A stretch of DNA of 26,911 nucleotides from IMG/VR virus record IMGVR_UViG_3300030606_000039, positions 1 to 26,911 of that record; one strand, given 5' to 3'. The notes under the pieces are model-generated. The model did no database searches and was not told the origin of the DNA. It worked only from the letters and a program-made list of their open reading frames with translations. Numbering within the stretch: the stretch's first letter is position 1; every line of letters starts with the position of its first letter. The stretch is from a virus (Duplodnaviria; Caudoviricetes). The translations under genes and the position numbers were made by a program. Shown here piece by piece: positions 24,658-26,911 of the stretch.

Positions 24658-24697
24658 AAGCGGACCGCGCCATTGTGCCGCATTTCTGCGCCCGGCT

Positions 24698-25060
24698 CTA
24701 TCCTACAGTGCAGGCCCCGAAGAGGTCGTTCATCGCGTCCCGCGTCCGGCCGTCAGGCCCCTTCTGTTGGCCGCCATCGAACTTGCCGCCGGTCACGCGC
24801 ATGGACCGGCCGCCCTGGTCCTCGAAGATCAGCACATCGACCGCACGGTCCCCTTGCCGGGCCTGCACGACGCCATCGGCCCGGCGGACCTCGACGAGCG
24901 TGAACCCGAGGCCGTCGAGCGTGCGGACCGCGCACTGGTGCAGCTCGTCGAACGTGCGGTCACGCGTGAAGCCGAGGCGCGTGTTCGGCTGACTGCGGAA
25001 CAGCAGGCTGCAACTCGAGGAAACGACGGCGCAGGCGACTATCCCCAAGGCTCGTCGCAT
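24698..25060 (-). CDS. Predicted lipoprotein, 120 aa (superinfection-exclusion candidate)
   Basis: GGAGGT SD then ATG 25060. MRRALGIVACAVVSSS|C lipobox-like signal. Located in the immunity region. Confidence 0.68.
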   Translation of the reverse strand: MRRALGIVACAVVSSSCSLLFRSQPNTRLGFTRDRTFDELHQCAVRTLDGLGFTLVEVRRADGVVQARQGDRAVDVLIFEDQGGRSMRVTGGKFDGGQQKGPDGRTRDAMNDLFGACTVG

Positions 25061-25073
25061 ATCCACCTCCGGC

Positions 25074-25102
25074 TGGACGGAGTCACAGGGTGTGGCTACA
25101 AT
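25074..25102 (+). promoter_or_regulatory. Putative sigma70 promoter pointing into the 3' end of the repressor-like gene
   Basis: TGGACG (25074-25079), 17 nt, TACAAT (25097-25102). Confidence 0.6.
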
Positions 25103-25177
25103 ACCCGCGCCTCATGACGCCGGCGCAAGGACGCGTTCTCCCCATGCCCCGCAAACGCCATCGCGTGAGGCCGCGCA

Positions 25178-25507
25178 ATGGACCAGCCCAATCCCCTGCC
25201 ACGGGGCGTCTACTGGCTCGACGGAGTCCGCGACGAACACGGTTACGAGATGTTGATCGCCGTGGACCGCCGCGGTCGCTGGATCGCCCCGCCTACCCGC
25301 GTGTTTCCGCGCGAGGACCGGTACGCGGTCATCCGGATGCTTTGTCGTCTGTTGGACCGGGTCGACCCTTGCCCGCAGACCGTGGCCGCGCGCGCCCCGC
25401 CACTGCCCGTCGCTCCACATCGTCCAGCAACCGCCGGACCTCGCCTACCGCGTACTCGACGCCCTCGCGGAAGGCCGGCCGCTCAGGCTGAAGCAGGTAC
25501 GTTCTGA
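25178..25507 (+). CDS. Hypothetical protein, 109 aa; 3' half antisense to the HTH gene
   Basis: GAGG SD and an upstream promoter. The first 64 aa look globular; the overlapping tail is Pro/Arg-rich. Confidence 0.5.
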   Translation: MDQPNPLPRGVYWLDGVRDEHGYEMLIAVDRRGRWIAPPTRVFPREDRYAVIRMLCRLLDRVDPCPQTVAARAPPLPVAPHRPATAGPRLPRTRRPRGRPAAQAEAGTF

Positions 25508-25688
25508 TCTTCGCCCGGACAGCGTCCTCTTTGATCTCGATCCGTTCGCGGGCCGTCCGTTTCGCCTTCCAGTCGGAGATGGTGGTCTGGCCCTTACCGA
25601 GCCGCTTAGCCGCTGTCACCTGGCTCTCCTTTCGGTCTATCGTCGCCTCTAAGTAGCGACATACCAACGTGTTGTCGTCCAGTCGCAT
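25329..25688 (-). CDS. Divergent HTH regulator (CI/repressor position), 119 aa
   Basis: AAGGGG SD and ATG 25688. SQVTAAKRLGKGQTTISDWK helix-turn-helix. No S24 peptidase domain. Confidence 0.72.
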   Translation of the reverse strand: MRLDDNTLVCRYLEATIDRKESQVTAAKRLGKGQTTISDWKAKRTARERIEIKEDAVRAKIRTYLLQPERPAFREGVEYAVGEVRRLLDDVERRAVAGRARPRSAGKGRPGPTDDKASG

Positions 25689-25695
25689 AAGCCCC

Positions 25696-25732
25696 TTGCG
25701 CTTGCCGGTAGCAAATGTTAACGTATTGCTAC
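25696..25732 (+). promoter_or_regulatory. Rightward promoter and overlapping operator-like palindrome
   Basis: TTGCGC, 17 nt, TAACGT preceded by TGn. GTAGCAA-ATGTTAACGTA-TTGCTAC (25708-25732) in an AT-rich intergenic island. Confidence 0.62.
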
Positions 25733-25772
25733 GTTTTCGGTATCGGTACTTAACCGGACGGTACAACTGGCC

Positions 25773-26027
25773 ATGGAGAAGCGCAACACGATAGCCCCCT
25801 CGCCCTCGCTCAGAGCGCGGCTCAAGGCCGCGCTGGCGCTCCAAGAAAAGACGCTGGCGTCGTGGGCGAGAGAGAACGGATGGCACGACGCTCAGCTTTC
25901 GATGGCGCTCGCCGGAACACGCGAGTACGCGCACATCCGGGACGCGATCGCCGGCCTGCTGCGGCTGCCCCGATCGGAAGTGGACCGCCTGCTCGACGAT
26001 GCGGTCGAGAGCGAGCCCGCCGCATGA
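25773..26027 (+). CDS. Cro/Ner-like HTH regulator, 84 aa
   Basis: RLKAALALQEKTLASWARENGWHDAQLSMALAG...IRDAIAGLL resembles Mu Ner-like proteins. Divergent from the repressor-like gene. Confidence 0.75.
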   Translation: MEKRNTIAPSPSLRARLKAALALQEKTLASWARENGWHDAQLSMALAGTREYAHIRDAIAGLLRLPRSEVDRLLDDAVESEPAA

Positions 26028-26272
26028 TCGGGCTACAGAAGCCGCGCCTGCGTCGCTGCGATTACTGCGGGCCATGTGTCTGCCGCAACCGCGCCGAACG
26101 CGAGGAATGCCCGCACCCGAAGGTCGTATGCATGCCGCTTCCGCATGGCCGCAACATCTGCGGCAACTGTCGCTCGTTGAACGGTGGCATCCGTGAGCGG
26201 TGGGAGCGGGTGCGATCCGTGAAGCGAGTCGAACGGGCTGCGCGACGCGATGCACGGAGGGCTGCTGCATGA
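26024..26272 (+). CDS. Cys-rich basic hypothetical protein, 82 aa
   Basis: ATGA-coupled. CDYC, CVC and CGNC motifs. Confidence 0.58.
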   Translation: MIGLQKPRLRRCDYCGPCVCRNRAEREECPHPKVVCMPLPHGRNICGNCRSLNGGIRERWERVRSVKRVERAARRDARRAAA

Positions 26273-26484
26273 CCGACCGTCCGCTCTGCTCCGCCTGCGG
26301 CCAGTACTGCGACGACGCCGCGCTCGACCGGCTCGACGCCGATGCGTGGGCGCACCGGAACGCATCGCTCGTGTGCTCGACGTGCCGCGCGACGTGCGTC
26401 GTCTGCCGCCGGCCCGTGCTGAGCGCAGCGGACCTCGCGGTGGACGCGACGACGTGCGCGGACTGCGAGCGGGTGGCGGCATGA
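26269..26484 (+). CDS. Double Zn-ribbon-like protein, 71 aa
   Basis: GGAGG SD and ATGA overlap. Four CxxC pairs (CSAC, CSTC, CVVC, CADC). Confidence 0.7.
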   Translation: MTDRPLCSACGQYCDDAALDRLDADAWAHRNASLVCSTCRATCVVCRRPVLSAADLAVDATTCADCERVAA

Positions 26485-26690
26485 CCGACGCCCTCCGCGA
26501 CACCCGCGACGCTCTGGCGTGGGAGCTGGCCGTCCTCGACCAGCGCATCGCGGCGCATGACCCGCTCGACCGGCGCGGGCTCACGGTGCTGCAAGATGTG
26601 CACGGATGGCTCATGGCGGCCGGACGCGCACTGGATGTCGAGCTGACGGCGCGCAGGATCGAACGGCCGCGGCGGCTGGAGGTCGTGTGA
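26481..26690 (+). CDS. Hypothetical helical protein, 69 aa
   Basis: ATGA-coupled (MTDALRDTRD...). Confidence 0.62.
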   Translation: MTDALRDTRDALAWELAVLDQRIAAHDPLDRRGLTVLQDVHGWLMAAGRALDVELTARRIERPRRLEVV

Positions 26691-26911
26691 CCGCGCCGCG
26701 CACGCCCGAGCAGATCGCGCGCGACTGCCGCGTGGCCCGCATTGTCGACGCATGGGTGAGCCGACGCATGAAAGCCCCCGTGGGCTGGTCGTGGCGGATG
26801 GAGCATCCGACGTATTGGTCGGACGTGATGTGGGAGGCTGTCGCCGCCCAGACCGATCGAGCCACCGATCCCGTGCCCGATGCAGCCATGCGCGCCGCCG
26901 TCATAGCCGAG
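26687..26911 (+). CDS. Hypothetical protein (3' partial)
   Basis: GGAGG SD and GTGA overlap. Frame MTAPRTPEQIARDCRVARIVDAW... is open to the window end. Confidence 0.6.
   Translation, partial: MTAPRTPEQIARDCRVARIVDAWVSRRMKAPVGWSWRMEHPTYWSDVMWEAVAAQTDRATDPVPDAAMRAAVIAE

Noticed and set aside
25090-25491. Alternative + ORF 25090/25114-25491 and - ORF 25112-25420
   Set aside because: Arg/Pro-rich or motif-less translations without convincing SDs. The 25178 (+) and 25688 (-) frames are better supported.
25689-26753. 474-aa minus-strand ORF 25329-26753 as a single gene
   Set aside because: Only the last 119 aa (ATG 25688 with SD, HTH) look real. The rest lies antisense to coupled + strand genes and crosses the promoter region.

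Overview
The whole window is one high-GC tailed-phage (siphovirus-type) genome segment, either a free phage or a prophage. No host genes, integrase or att site are visible. Positions 1-22903 (+) form one tightly coupled late operon. It begins with a lambda-type head module (portal 3' end, S49 protease with nested scaffold, decoration protein, gpE-type capsid), then neck genes, tail tube, a chaperone pair with a -1 frameshift, tape measure and tail-tip hub. Next come an unusual fibre module, a signal-peptide-bearing Ig-domain protein, and a dispersed lysis region (three membrane proteins, a patatin phospholipase, an M15 endolysin). Positions 23014-26911 hold small early/accessory genes, a lipoprotein and two separate divergent-promoter/HTH switches. 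The best candidate for a novel system is the fibre module (11834-17839): a 24-aa repeat shared by two different long proteins that flank a small conserved structural gene. One long protein ends in what looks like the 'missing' distal-tail (Dit) domain; the other ends in a 3 x 9-aa tag next to an adaptor-like gene. All family assignments come from motif recognition and gene order by eye; no searches were run.
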